This document shows, one piece after another, positions 24,734 to 37,045 of a DNA stretch of 64,000 nucleotides. The translations under genes were made by a program, and so were the position numbers. Position 1 is the stretch's first letter. Each line of letters opens with the position of its first letter. The stretch comes from Isurus oxyrinchus (taxonomy: Eukaryota). The stretch is taken from assembly GCA_026770705.1 (NCBI GenBank), contig JANJGN010000008.1, positions 162,316,001-162,380,000 on the forward strand. The letters are read 5' to 3'. The notes under the pieces were generated by a model. That model made no database searches and was not told the DNA's origin. It saw nothing but the letters and a program-made list of their open reading frames with translations.

Positions 24734-24789
24734 AGAACGATGCTGTCATGTACGCACTGATGCACAGCTAAAACTGCTGCACCATAACT

Positions 24790-25180
24790 GTGGCCTTAAT
24801 CTTGGTAGGTCTTGTTTTTAAAATTCTCAACCTTGTCTTCAAATCTCTCCCTATCTGTAACCTTCTCCAGTTCCACAACTCTGAGACATCTCTGCTCCTT
24901 CAAATTTGGCCTCTTGTACGTTCCCAATTTTTATTGCTCCACCATTGGTGGTCATGCCTTTAGCTGGCTGGGCCCTAAGCTCTGAAATTCAATCTCTAAA
25001 CCTCTCCCACCCTCTACCCCATTTGTCTCCTATAAGACGCTCCTTAAAACCTACTTCTTTGATCACACTTTTGGCCATCATCTTATGTGGCTCCATGCCA
25101 AAGTTTGCTCTATAACACCCCTGTGAAGTACCTTGGGATATTTTATTACATTAAAGTTTCTATTTAAATATAAGCTGTTG
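24790..25180 (+). mobile_element. L2-like LINE 3' fragment
   Basis: FKILNLVFKSL-like remnant, LLKTYFFD motif and tail TGTGAAGTACCTTGGGATATTTTATTACATTAAAG...AAATATAAGCTGTTG. Confidence 0.65.
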
Positions 25181-25955
25181 TAGAACAAGAGGATATTTTT
25201 CAAAGTTTAATACCTTCTCACATAGTACTGTGAGAAGATCCCAACAGATCAGAGTACCAAACTAAAGGATTCTGCTTTCCAAAACCCCCCCCAGCCAAAT
25301 TCTTGCCAATATTTACAAACTTGTTTTAGGCCTCAGTAAAAGGAATTCAACCTTAAATGTTCAAGAGATACCTAGTCGTAAACAAAAGCTTTGTTTCTGA
25401 GCTCTAAATTCTAGTTGCCGGAGACATGATAAAGACATGCTCATGGTCTGCTTCAATCAACACCATCAAGTGAAGTCAAACAGCAAAGCATCACTGAAAC
25501 AGATGAACATGCACCAGCCCTCAATAACATAAAGATGATGACATCGCAAGTCAAGGGTTGAAAACTGCTTTTTGTAATGGATTCTATTTCTTGGCAACTA
25601 AATGTCATTTATCTAATGCTGCTGCTTTTACTATTGCGAACATTCTAAATCTAAGTTTACTCATGCATTGTTTTCGTTGTTACTGTATACTGTAGGTAGA
25701 GCATCATCAAGGCAGTCAAATATTCACAATTAGAGAATCCGAAAGGATGTCTTTAAAGCTATTGATGTGCTTGACATCTGCAGAAAGTTAAGGCACCTCC
25801 CCATCACTAAATATGTGGCCAAGATATTTTACTGACTTGTTTTCTTATGCAATCTACACTAATGTTTCAATGAACCCTGCTCTCCCGCATCCTGCACCCA
25901 GAGCTGTTCCTTCCAGTTTTTGGCTAGCCTACTGAAAAGTACAAGAAGCCACTAC

Positions 25956-26175
25956 AAAAAGAGAATTACCTGGAAAAACTCAGCAGGTCTGGCAGCATCA
26001 GCGGAGAAGAAAAGAGTTGATGTTTCGAGTCCTCTTGACCCTTCCACAGAACAGGTCATGAGGACTCGAAACGTCAACTCTTTTCTTCTCCGCCGATGCT
26101 GCCAGACCTGCTGAGTTTTTCCAGGTAATTTTGTTTTTGTTTTGGTTTTCCAGCATCCGCAGTTTTTTGTTTTTA
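25956..26175. mobile_element. Young PLE inverted-pair insertion
   Basis: rc arm 25956-26052 and forward arm 26054-26175; 15-bp TSD ACAAGAAGCCACTAC at 25941-25955 and 26176-26190. Confidence 0.92.
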
Positions 26176-26790
26176 ACAAGAAGCCACTACTACATCAGCA
26201 ACTCGTTTCCAATGGATTAGAATAGAATTCAATTACATTGTAACTGATAGTTAGAAGCTGCATTGTGAAACAATTAAGCGTTAACCCACTTTCTGTCAAA
26301 ACTTGCAACAATACAGTTGCTTTCAAATCCAATTGCTAATTGTGGAAATGGGGCACCAGTAGAAATAATCAATGAACTTTGTCCTGCTGTGAATCTAACC
26401 TGCATCAAATAAGCATACAATACGTACAATATGTTCTGTTCTAAATCAACCTGCGAGGTGTTCTTGTATTGACTGGATGCCATTTTGAACAAATATGGAA
26501 AAACAAGAAACAGAAATATTCTACGTAATTCTGTGTAAAATCTACAGCAGCAATATGCAAGGTTGTGTACAAATGAGCAATAAATTAGATGAATAGGTGG
26601 GTCATGTTCTGTTATCCTCTTCATTGAAAACCAAAGAATGAGTTGATGGATGACGGTGGGGGTAAAGGGCTTTTTGCCCCTAGAAAGCTACAACTCTACT
26701 ACAAAATTTCTTTATATACCGTAATGCAAAAAGGGGTTACCAACAGACCAACCACCCATTCCCTCTTTGGTTGACCAAAGTGCTACTCAC

Positions 26791-26822
26791 CTTCTGACCA
26801 GTTGATTCATCAACACTCCTAC
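26791..26822 (-). CDS. Candidate 32-nt exon (xRSVDESTGQK in phase 1-0, or VGVLMNQLVR) or recursive-splice exon
   Basis: Minus strand: cactgccttttacag|GTAGGAGTGTTGATGAATCAACTGGTCAGAAG|gtgagt, with consensus splice sites in unique sequence. Confidence 0.4.
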
Positions 26823-27584
26823 CTGTAAAAGGCAGTGTTTGGAGATAGCACCAACATATTTCTACTAACACTTGAGGCCTCACTACAGGGACAATGCCTT
26901 CTACTTTTGACTTCTATACTACAAAACGTCCAATACACAGGATTGAGATTCCAGTGCAAAGCCCTAAAGTCAATCCCATGCCTTATCCAAGGTAGTGGAA
27001 CTCACAGCCCATTAAGAGCATCGCAGTATTTATAGACAGGTTGGTAGTGGATTTCAAATTCAATTAGCTTTAACATAAACATGGCAACAATAGCTTGATT
27101 ACTGCCCTTGGCTCAAAATGTGAGGCAGCTGGTACAATAGGCATCTGACCTAATCCAAATCACATTATTTCAGTTCTGCGTGAACATTTTATTCAAACAT
27201 GAGAAAGGTTCTTTCATTTACAGGTAATTGATAGAAGCAAACTTTTATGGCTCCCAATAAACGTCAGATTGAGAGAAGTGTTTTGTTAAGGGTGATGTTC
27301 AGACGGATGGACACAGTCACATGCTGTTTAACAATTTTACTCACTGCAAATTGGTAACCTGTGTGAACATACCGAGGGCTCAAACAAAACTTTGAACTGG
27401 TCAATGGTTAATAACAAACATCTTTAACTTATTATCTCCAAGAATGAATGCCTAAAAATAAGACAAGATATCAGTTATTTTGATCTGCTTTTTCCAATTT
27501 TCCTAACACTTCCCACATGGTCAGTTCTGTTGCTATGCACCAATGGGGCACATGCCACACAGATAACAAACTGCAGAAAATACA

Positions 27585-28157
27585 GAGATAAAAACAAAAA
27601 AACTGCGGATGCTGGAAATCCAAAACAAAAACAGAATTACCTGGAAAAACTCAGCAGGTCTGGCAGCATCGGCAGAGAAGAAAAGAGTTGACATTTCAAG
27701 TCCTCATGACCCTTCGACAGAACTACAGAACTAGGTGAATCCAAGGAAGGGGTGAAATATAAGCTGGTTTAAGGTGTGTGTGTGTGGGGGAGAGAAGTGG
27801 AGGTGGGGGTGTGGTTGTAGGGACAATAAGCTGGTTTAAGGTGTGTGTATGGGGGGGGTGGGTTGGATGGGGAGAGAGAAGTGGAGGGGGAGGTGTGGTT
27901 GTAGGGACAAGCAAGCAGTGATATCACTGCTTGCTTGTTCCTACAACCACACACCCCCCCACTTCTCTCCCCCCACCCAACTCCCCCCCCCCCCCCCCCC
28001 ACCACACACACACACCTTAAACCAGCTTATATTTCACCCCTTCCTTGGATTCACCTAGTTCTGTCGAAGGGTCATGAGGACTCGAAACGTCAACTCTTTT
28101 CTTCTCCGCCGATGCTGCCAGACCTGCTGAGTTTTTCCAGGTAATTCTGTTTTTGTA
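27585..28157. mobile_element. Spacerless palindromic PLE insertion
   Basis: Centre AAGCAAGCAGTGAT|ATCACTGCTTGCTT at 27922/27923; TSD GCAGAAAATACA at 27573-27584 and 28158-28169. Confidence 0.9.
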
Positions 28158-28170
28158 GCAGAAAATACAT

Positions 28171-28271
28171 TCAGTTCTGTTGAAGGATCATGAGGACTCG
28201 AAACATCAACTCTTTTCTTCTCCGCCGATGCTGCCAGACCTGTTGAGTTTTTCCAGGTAATTCTGTTTTTG
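28171..28271 (+). mobile_element. PLE mini-element in tandem behind the palindrome
   Basis: Flanked by TTGTAGCAGAAAATACAT at 28153-28170 and 28272-28289. Confidence 0.85.
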
Positions 28272-28689
28272 TTGTAGCAGAAAATACATCTTTGGTGCAG
28301 GACCCACTAACTCATGAATGTCATGCAGAAGGAGTGACATTGGCTTCCTTCACTGCTATCCAAATGTACCTGAAACCACCTTGATTTTTTTTTAAGGGAT
28401 TAAATGCTTCATCTTTCACATATCATTGGGTTGCTTTGAAATAATCCTTTCAATATAGAGGTGGGGCATTGCAGAACCCATTGTTGCTGTTCACAGTAAG
28501 CTGCATAGTCAAACAGAAATGAAAGAAGGGAGGAGAGAAAGCTCAGGATTGAGATGAACAGAGACAAACCAGGAACAAAGTAGGAGCAATAAACAAAGAG
28601 AAGAACACCACAAACAAAGGAAAGAGTATCAGGATTGAAAATATGGACTGCAACAATAAAAAGATGAGAGAGCAAGCATGTTGGACTGG

Positions 28690-29075
28690 AGAAATTAAAT
28701 AGCCTAGGGCCTTTTTCTCCAGAAAACCGAAGACTGTGGTTGACCTGATAGAGGTGTTTAAGACTATGAAAGATTGGGTAGATGTGGAGAAGTTTCTACT
28801 TCTGGGGAGACTGAAACTAGAGGCTATAAATGCAAGATAGTGACTGTCTTATGTGGGAGATTCAGGAGAAATTTCTTTACCCAGAAAAGGGTTGAATGCA
28901 GAATTTGCTACCATAAGGAATAGCTGAGGTGAATAGTACAGATGTCTTTAGGGGGAGAAAGAAATAGAAGGGCATGTTGATGGGGTTGGATGAAAAAGTG
29001 CGAGAGGAAGATCACCTGGAACATAGGTGTTGGCATGGATGTGATGGATTGAATGTCCTGCTCTTGTGCTGTAAA
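28690..29075 (+). mobile_element. Old CR1 3' fragment
   Basis: LGLFSPEN..DLIEVFKTMK remnant and AATTTCTTTACCCAGA motif. Confidence 0.65.
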
Positions 29076-29865
29076 TACTGAGCAAACTTGGTAAATTCCA
29101 TGAATTGGATCACGGAGAAGGTGATGTAACATTCCAGGAAAAGCTCTAACCCACTCAAGTGGATTAACCTGGAGGTTTTTTTTTAACTTGAATATAACGC
29201 TGTTTACCCAAAGGTAGCAGAAATTGATTTTTCCTATCATAAAGTGAATTAGAACTGGATATTAAAAAAAAGTAGTAGATTCCCACTGAGATAAAAAGAA
29301 AATGGAATCGTTCTTCTCGTCTGTTTTATCCAAAGGAACGTTGGTGCGAGGTTGCGGCTTTACAGGATCAGCTGTGGAGGATTTAAACACATGGCAGTTC
29401 ACCCGCTTCCCTTTATTTGATTTCTTCCTCGTAGGAAAGCTCCTCATGCTGCAAGATGGTGCACTTTTCACAGGCCAACCTTTTCAGTTTTGCATCTGCA
29501 AGGTTTTGCTCTGCAAGGTTATTTTAAAGTGTTACGTTGCATACCAGCCTCTCAAAAGCAACATCACTCACAAAAGAGAATTCGATTCCCTTCACCTTAT
29601 CTATCTATAGTCACATACTTGTATTACGAAAGCATTTACCGTGATATGATTGATACCCTTTAATGGCCAGAAGCGAGTGATCATTCATCACCCAGCAGGT
29701 CAGTTCCTCAGGGATTTTGAGCTGCTTTTACATAAGAAGAGTTCAGCTGTCAACAAATACTCGTTCTCCTGCCATCAGCCACACTTGCAAATATAATTGG
29801 TCTGGTCTTCATTGTGTCATGGGAGAAAAGACATTTTTTTTTCTCTTGTATGAATTGCTGTCGAC

Positions 29866-30433
29866 TTACTCCCCAAAGCCTGTCCACCATCTACAAGGCA
29901 CAAGTCAGGAGTGTGATGGAATACTCTCCACTTGCCTGGAATGAGTGCAGCTCCCACAACTCTCAAGGAGCTCAACGCCATCCAGGACAAAGCAGCCCAC
30001 TTGATTGGCACCCCATCCACAAACATTCACTCCCTCCACCACCGACACACAGTAGCAGCAGTGTGTACCATCTACAAGATGCACTGCAGGAACTCACAAA
30101 GCCTCCTTAGGCAGCACCTTCCAAACCCACGACCGCTACCATCTAGAAGGACAAGGGTAACAGACACACAGAAAAGCCACCACATGGAATATCCCCTCTA
30201 AACCACACACCATCCTGACTTGGAACTATATCGCCGTTCCTTCACTGTCATTGGGCCAAAATCCTGGAACTCCCTTCCTAACAGCACTGTGGGTGTACCT
30301 ACACCACATGGACTGCAACAGTTCAGGAAGGCAGCTCATCACCACCTTCTCAAGGGCAATTAGGGATGGGCAATAAATGTTGGCCTAACTAACGAGCCAA
30401 AGATGCTGACACCCCATGAGTGAACGAAAAAAA
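29866..30433 (+). mobile_element. HER1-like LINE 3' fragment
   Basis: Colinear with 12250-12807 (IHSLHHRHTVAAVCTIYKMHC); same 3' tail. Confidence 0.9.
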
Positions 30434-31075
30434 GATAAAGGGGTGGAATTCGCATTGCCAAATTCTGGCCCATGCCCCCTCCACCTTTAACTGTCAGTCA
30501 GTCATTTTACCCAACTCCAATATATATAAAAACAAAAAAACTGCGGATGCTGGAAATCCAAAACAAAAACAAAAACAGAATTACCTGGAAAAACTCAGCA
30601 GGTCTGGCAACATCGGCGGAGAAGAAAAGAGTTGACGTTTCGAGTCCTCATGACCCTTCGACAGAACTTGAGTTCGAGTCCAAGAAAGAGTTGAAATATA
30701 AGCTGGTTTAAGGTGTGTGTGTGGGGGGCGGAGAGATAGAGAGAGAGAGAGGTGGGGGCGGGGGTGTGGTTGTAGGGACAAACAAGCAGTGATAGAAGCA
30801 GATCATCAAAAGATGTCAGCAACAATGGTACAAAAGAACACATAGGTGTTAAAGTTAAAGTTGGTGATATTATCTAAATGAATGTGCTAATTAAGAATGG
30901 ATGGTAGGGCACTCAAGGTATAGCTCTAGTGGGGGTGTTTTTTTTTAAAAATAATGGAAATAGATGGGAAAAGGAAAATCTTTATAATTTAATGGAGGAA
31001 CAACACCTCATCTTCCGACTAGGCACTTTACAGCCTTCCGGACTGAATATTGAATTCAACAACTTTAGGTCGTGA

Positions 31076-31577
31076 ATCGGCATTCCGTAGGAATCGCTCC
31101 CTCCGGGACACCCTGGTCCACTCCTCCATCACCCCCTACTCCTCAACCCCCTCCTATGGCACCACCCCATGCCCACGCAAAAGATGTAACACCTGCCCCT
31201 TCACTTCCTCTCTCCTCACCGTCCAAGGGCCCAAACACTCCTTTCAAGTGAAGCAGCATTTCACTTGCATTTCCCCCAACTTAGTCTACTGCATTCGTTG
31301 CTCCCAATGTGGTCTCCTCTACATTGGAGAGATCAAACGTAAACTGGGCGACCGCTTTGCAGAACACCTGCGGTCTGTCCGCAAGAATGACCCAAACCTC
31401 CCTGTCGCTTGCTATTTTAACACTCCACCCTGCTCTCTTGCCCACATGTTTGTCCTTGGCTTGCTGCATTGTTCCAGTGAAGCCCAACGCAAACTGGAGG
31501 AACAACACCTCATCTTCCGACTAGGCACTTTACAGCCTTCCGGACTGAATATTGAATTCAACAACTTTAGGTCGTGA
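31076..31577 (+). CDS. PLE GIY-YIG endonuclease domain, copy 1 (no RT, no ATG)
   Basis: AFRR..SLRDTLV, Cys linker CPRKRCNTC (Neptune-type), VYCIRCSQC..YIGE, RFAEH, EQHLI..L.GLN. Confidence 0.85.
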
Positions 31578-32079
31578 ATCGGCATTCCGTAGGGATCGCT
31601 CCCTCCGGGACACCCTGGTCCACTCCTCCATCACCCCCTACTCCTCAACCCCCTCCTATGGCACCACCCCATGCCCACGCAAAAGATGTAACACCTGCCC
31701 CTTCACTTCCTCTCTCCTCACCGTCCAAGGGCCCAAATACTCCTTTCAAGTGAAGCAGCATTTCACTTGCATTTCCCCCAACTTAGTCTACTGCATTCGT
31801 TGCTCCCAATGTGGTCTCCTCTATATTGGAGAGACCAAACGTAAACTGGGCGACCGCTTTGCAGAACACCTGCGGTCTGTCCGCAAGAATGACCCAAACC
31901 TCCCTGTCGCTTGCTATTTTAACACTCCACCCTGCTCTCTTGCCCACATGTCTGACCTTGGCTTGCTGCATTGTTCCAGTGAAGCCCAACGCAAACTGGA
32001 GGAACAACACCTCATCTTCCGACTAGGCACTTTACAGCCTTCCGGACTGAATATTGAATTCAATAACTTTAGGTCGTGA
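31578..32079 (+). CDS. PLE GIY-YIG endonuclease domain, copy 2
   Basis: About 7 substitutions from copy 1 over 502 nt; YIGETKR motif intact; followed by the native 3' region. Confidence 0.85.
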
Positions 32080-34369
32080 GCTCCCTCCCCCATCCCCACC
32101 CCCTTTCTGTTTCCCCCTTCCTTTTTTTTCCAATAAATTATAAAGATTTTCCTTTTCCCACCTATTTCCATTATTTAAAAAAAAAATTAAAAAAAAACAC
32201 CCCCACTAGAGCTGTACCTTGAGTGCCCTACCATCCATTCTTAATTAGCACATTCGTTTAGATAATATCACCAACTTTAACTTTAACACCTATGTGTTCT
32301 TTTGTACCATTGATGCTGACATCTTTTGATGATCTGCTTCTATCACTGCTTGTTTGTCCCTACAACCACACCCCCCACCTCTCACTCTCTCTCGCTCTGT
32401 CTCTCCGCCCCCCCCCCCCACACACACACCTTAAACCAGCTTATATTTCAACTCTTTCTTGGACTCGAAATCAAGTTCTGTCGAAGGGTCATGAGGACTC
32501 GAAACGTCAACTCTTTTCTTCTCCGCCGATGCTGCCAGACCTGCTGAGTTTTTCCAGGTAGTTCTGTTTTTGTTTTTGTTATCCAACTCCAATATTCTTA
32601 TAATTAATTAAAAAAGGATATTCAAAGGAAGTGACAAAAAAAAAAAATCATTTTTCTTTTATTGCCCCTATGACTTCTTCCCCCCTCCCCATGGGCTGCT
32701 CGGAGAGTAACTCAGGGATTAAGTTTTAATTCCTGGAGGCTCCAGGACAACCTGGAGGGTTGGCAGCTCTAGGCACATCTAAAGGTGAAGGATGGGGAGG
32801 CAGCCATTGTCCAGATTTGGTTAACTTTAGCAAAGCACAGCTGCAGCTTCTTCCGACACGCGTCGCTGCCACAGACTCACAATGGCAACACAGTTATGGT
32901 CGCAATTAGCAGGTTCAAAGAAAATTGAGTAAATTATTTGCAGTCAGCTTTGGCCGAGCGCCGACATCCCAAATTGGCTGACCTCAAAGTGAGGGACGCA
33001 TGAGCCGTTCTGACCGATCACTGGCTCAGCCGCTGTCTATGCCCCACTTATATCTGAAGTCAGTGATGTACTCCCAGCGCTATTAGATCTTGTTGAACAG
33101 CTGAAGCTCAGTTAAAAAGCATCTCCCTTAATGTGCAAAGTAGTTCTGTCATAACTGGAACATTCTGTCAAGTTCAAACACACGCATGGATTAAATCTTA
33201 CCAGCAAGTATGTAACACTAAACAACAGGATTGACGCTAGGACAGGTTTGTAGTCCTAATCCCTCGTTATATCCTTATCTGCATCATTCCACCTTTTGCA
33301 CCCACTACACTGTGATGAAGTGAAGTAGAACAAAATAAACCAGCAGGACACATCAGGACAGGTTATAAAAGTGGCTGGGGTTAGACTGTGAAAAAGTGAA
33401 GTTGCACAGAACAGAGCAGAGGTCTGTTTGTTTGAAAGGCACACTGCTTCAGGTGGAGTGGATTTCAGACCCCTGATACATTCCTGGAATGCAGTGAATT
33501 TTCATGCTGCACAAGGTTTATGAAACATCCACGTAAATGGGAACGAGAACCCCTGCCTGCAACTGATTCTGACAAAAGGCTGTATATGCTTTGCTTCCAC
33601 AATGAAATATGGTTGAAGCTTTATTGGATCACCCTAATGTATGTGAAACCTTTTTCCATTTGATTACCCTCATTCAGCCAAAATACAACTGCGCTGCTCC
33701 GCAGGAAGGTAACTTGAAATGAAAGAACTTACAGTAACTCTACCCATTGGTTTGCTTATGATTCTGTCAGTTACGGGAGCTATGTGGATTCATTTAAAGC
33801 CTTAAGCACCTTCACTTTCCTGGTGAAGTCAAACATAATTTGCCTCCAAGAAGGTTAATCGTGCAGCATTTTTGGATTGGAAGTGAAGCCATTCAAGCGC
33901 CAATCACTGGAATCTCAGCAGGGTTGCACTTGGAACACTCATCGCCATATTCAGGGGTCCCTCAATTCGAGGATGACATCAGCTCAGGGTCTTTGGAGGG
34001 GGGGAGGCGGGGGGGGGGGCGGGTGTGGTCGATGACTTACCTCGGGGGATGGATCTGCCACAAGTATCAATCTGACCCTCTGTTCCCATCCAACCTCATG
34101 GCCAAAGCGCAACTTCACTCCTGATTTCTTTGCGTGTTGAAGCAGCCAAGTATAACCAGCAGTGCCATATATTCTGGATCACCAGTGGGCACGGATTCTG
34201 CCACTAGTGCCTGCATACAGGAACCCATTCAGTAGGCCCATTCAGCCCTTCGAACTTACTCTCTATTCAATTAGACCATGGCTGATGAGATTAAAAGGCT
34301 TGAACTGAGTTTCAAGACATTGAATCCACCCTTTTTTTAAATCGCACTTCTTCTTTCCAGAAGATCATC

Positions 34370-35820
34370 TACAGCAACTTGTATTTGATGTATTTAACAT
34401 AGGAAATGTGCTTCAGGGTGTTTCGCAGAGGCCCAGATAGTAAACCGGAGAGATTAGGAGGGATGACCAAATGGTAAAGCAAAGATGGATTTTTAAGGCA
34501 GTTCTCAAAGGAAGAGGTGGTGGTGGTGGTGGCGGAGTTAGTGGAATGATTGCCTGAGTCTATGCCCAGAAGCTACAAAGTGACATATAAGTTAAGTGAG
34601 TGGGCAAAGAGCTGGCAAATAGAGTAGCATGTGGGCAAATGTGAAATTGTCCATTTTGGCAGAAAGAATAAAAAAAGAAGCATATTATCTAAATGGTGAG
34701 AGATTCAGAGGGATCTGGGTGTCCTGGTGCATGAATCACAAAAGGCTAATATGCAGGTGCAGCAAGTCATTAGGAAAGCTAATAGAATGTTGCCATTTAT
34801 TGCGAGGAGAATTGATTACAAAAGTAGGGGGGTTATGCTTCAGCTGTACAGGGCACTGGTGAGACCACGTCTGGAGTACTGTGTACAGTATTGGTCTCCT
34901 TATTTAAGGAAAGATGTAAATGCATTAGTAGCAGCTCAGAGAAGATTTACTAGACTAATACCAGGAATGGGTGGGTTGTGTTATGAGGAAAGGTTAGGCT
35001 TGTATCCACTGCAGTTAAGAAGAGAAGAGGTGACTTGATCGAAACCTTTAAGATCCTGAGAGGCTTTGACAGAATGGATTTAGAGAGGATGTTTCCTCTT
35101 GTGGGAGAATCTAGAATTAGGGGTCACAGTTTAAAATTAAGGGGTCGCTCATTTAAGACAGAAAGTTTTCCTCAGGGGGTCATGAGTCTTTGGAACTCTT
35201 TTCCTCAAAAGGCAGTGGAAGCAGAGTCTTTGAATATTTTTAGGGCAGAACTACATAGATGCTTGATTAACAAGGGGTGGTGAAAATTTATCAGGGGTTG
35301 GCAGGAGGTTACAATGGGATCAGCCATGATCTTATTTTACTGAATGGCAAAGCGGCCTGCTCCTTCTCCTAGTCCATGTGTTCATGTGTTCAAGGTATAG
35401 GGTCGATTGAATGATTGTCAGAGCGTATGGCCTAGGGGCCTGAAGGTGCAGACGCCAGTGGAAGGGCCAAGGGAAAGAGGACAGCAAAGAGCTGCAGGAG
35501 TCAGTGAAATGTGAAGTCTGGATAAGGTTACAGAGATAGTGATGGGCATACTTATAGCTTCAAACACAGCGTGAAGATTTCAAATTTGAGATGGAGAGTG
35601 AGGAGCTAATGTAGGTCAGTGAGAACAGCGGCAATTGGTGAGCAGACTATGGTGTGCCATAGCATACGGGCAGCAGAGTTTTGGATGAGCTGAAGTTTAT
35701 GGAGCATGGAGAACAGGCGGCCAGCCAAGAGAGTGGAACCGAGCCTAGAGATAACAAGGGCATGATTGAGGGGGTTACATCAGCAGATGTCTCAAGGCAG
35801 GGGTGGAGGTAGGCAATGTT
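34370..35820 (-). mobile_element. Old L2-like fragment split by a CR1 insertion
   Basis: rc tail CAGCAACTTGTATTT...TTTAACATAGG at 34372; L2-like sequence resumes after ~35420. Confidence 0.5.
34565..35390 (+). mobile_element. CR1 LINE 3' fragment
   Basis: ORFs 34727-35038 (LYRALVRPRLEYCVQYWSP..QRRFTRLIPG) and 35035-35283; CR1 3' UTR. Confidence 0.92.
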
Positions 35821-36559
35821 CAAACGTTTCCATTAGCAAATGAAAATAATTGTGTGTTTGTATCTTCGTCTTTTGTGTAAAACATTGCCAGTAGTGAAAC
35901 ATTTATGGACATATCAGTCACACTTCAGGCACCACAAATACAGTTGAGTTGGAAATATTTTGAGGAAAACCAGCCATTTCTAATCCTTAGAGAAACTTCC
36001 CTAGCAACAGAGGGTGCCCTCTCAGTGACCTCTGGCTATCTCTAAGAGCAATTAACCTCCTAGTGAGCTCAAAATACTCAGTTACAACACTAAGATTGTG
36101 TGGTCTTAAATCAGAGGGGTTACCATGCACACAAAGGCACCTTAGCAACATAATAAGATATAATTATGCACTACAAGAAATATATTCCTCTCCTTATAAG
36201 ATAACATATTCTCTGGCTTAACCATAACTACGTCATAGATAGTCCACTAGTATTAACTCAACTATAAAACACAAGCTCCTTTAAATGGGAAAATGATATA
36301 ACTTATTTTAATACGAATAAAACTACAATGCAAGGCGGCTCACAGGGTTTTTATTGCCAGTGCAGCGCTGATTGCTTATGTGAAAAATTGTGCACCAAGG
36401 CAATTCATTTGAACAGTTCTTGGGATTGAAAGTCAGCCATATAATAGAAATTCTAAACACTACAATCAAAATTGAAATCTGTTTCTACCCACAAAACAAA
36501 TCACAATAACTGGACACAAAATCTGTTCGAGCAGGGAATTTCCAACTTCGAGTGCAACA

Positions 36560-37045
36560 CAATAGTAACTTGTACTTTAACTTAGTGGGTCATCCCTGCG
36601 TCGCTTCCCAAGGGTGAGAGTGAACAAAAACACTTCAGGGGATAATAGGACAGGGGACTGAAAGCTTGGTCAACAAGGTAAATTTTAAGGAGCGTCTTGG
36701 AGGAGAGATCGAGGGAGATAGGTAGAAAGTCAGGGGGGTTTAGGAGGGAGTTACAAGCTTTTGGTCCGAGCCAGTTGACAGCAAGGAGCGATTAAAATTG
36801 CAGATGTACTAAAGGCCAGAATGGGTGGAGCACAGAGGTCTTGGGAGGATTGTTGGACTGGTGGAAATTACAGAGATAGGGAGGGGCGAAGCCACAGAGG
36901 GATTTTAAAATCAAGGCATTGCCAGACCAGGAGCTAAAGTAGGACAGTGAACAGAGGGATGATGGGTGTGTGGGATGGAGCAGAGATTTGGACGAGCTAA
37001 AGTTTACAGAGGGTGCGTAGTAGGGGGCCAGCCAAGAGAGCATTG
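36560..37045 (-). mobile_element. Old L2-like 3' fragment
   Basis: Similar to 61683-62010 (CTGAAAGCTTGGTC..TTTTAAGGAGC); rc LKSLCGFAPPYL remnant. Confidence 0.55.

Larger units (their letters stand above)
30524..32582 (+). mobile_element. Neptune-type PLE: inverted 5' arm, tandem GIY-YIG units and 3' terminal repeat
   Basis: rc arm 30524-30991 mirrors 32134-32582 plus tail; 13-bp TSD CCAACTCCAATAT at 30511-30523 and 32583-32595. Confidence 0.93.

Noticed and set aside
27209-27229. Plus-strand recursive site (ttctttcatttacag|gtaatt)
   Set aside because: It is on the opposite strand to the best exon candidates and is a single motif without support.
30993-32079. CRISPR-like or prokaryotic nuclease system
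   Set aside because: No repeat-spacer array or operon; the GIY-YIG domain is the PLE endonuclease in a vertebrate repeat context.
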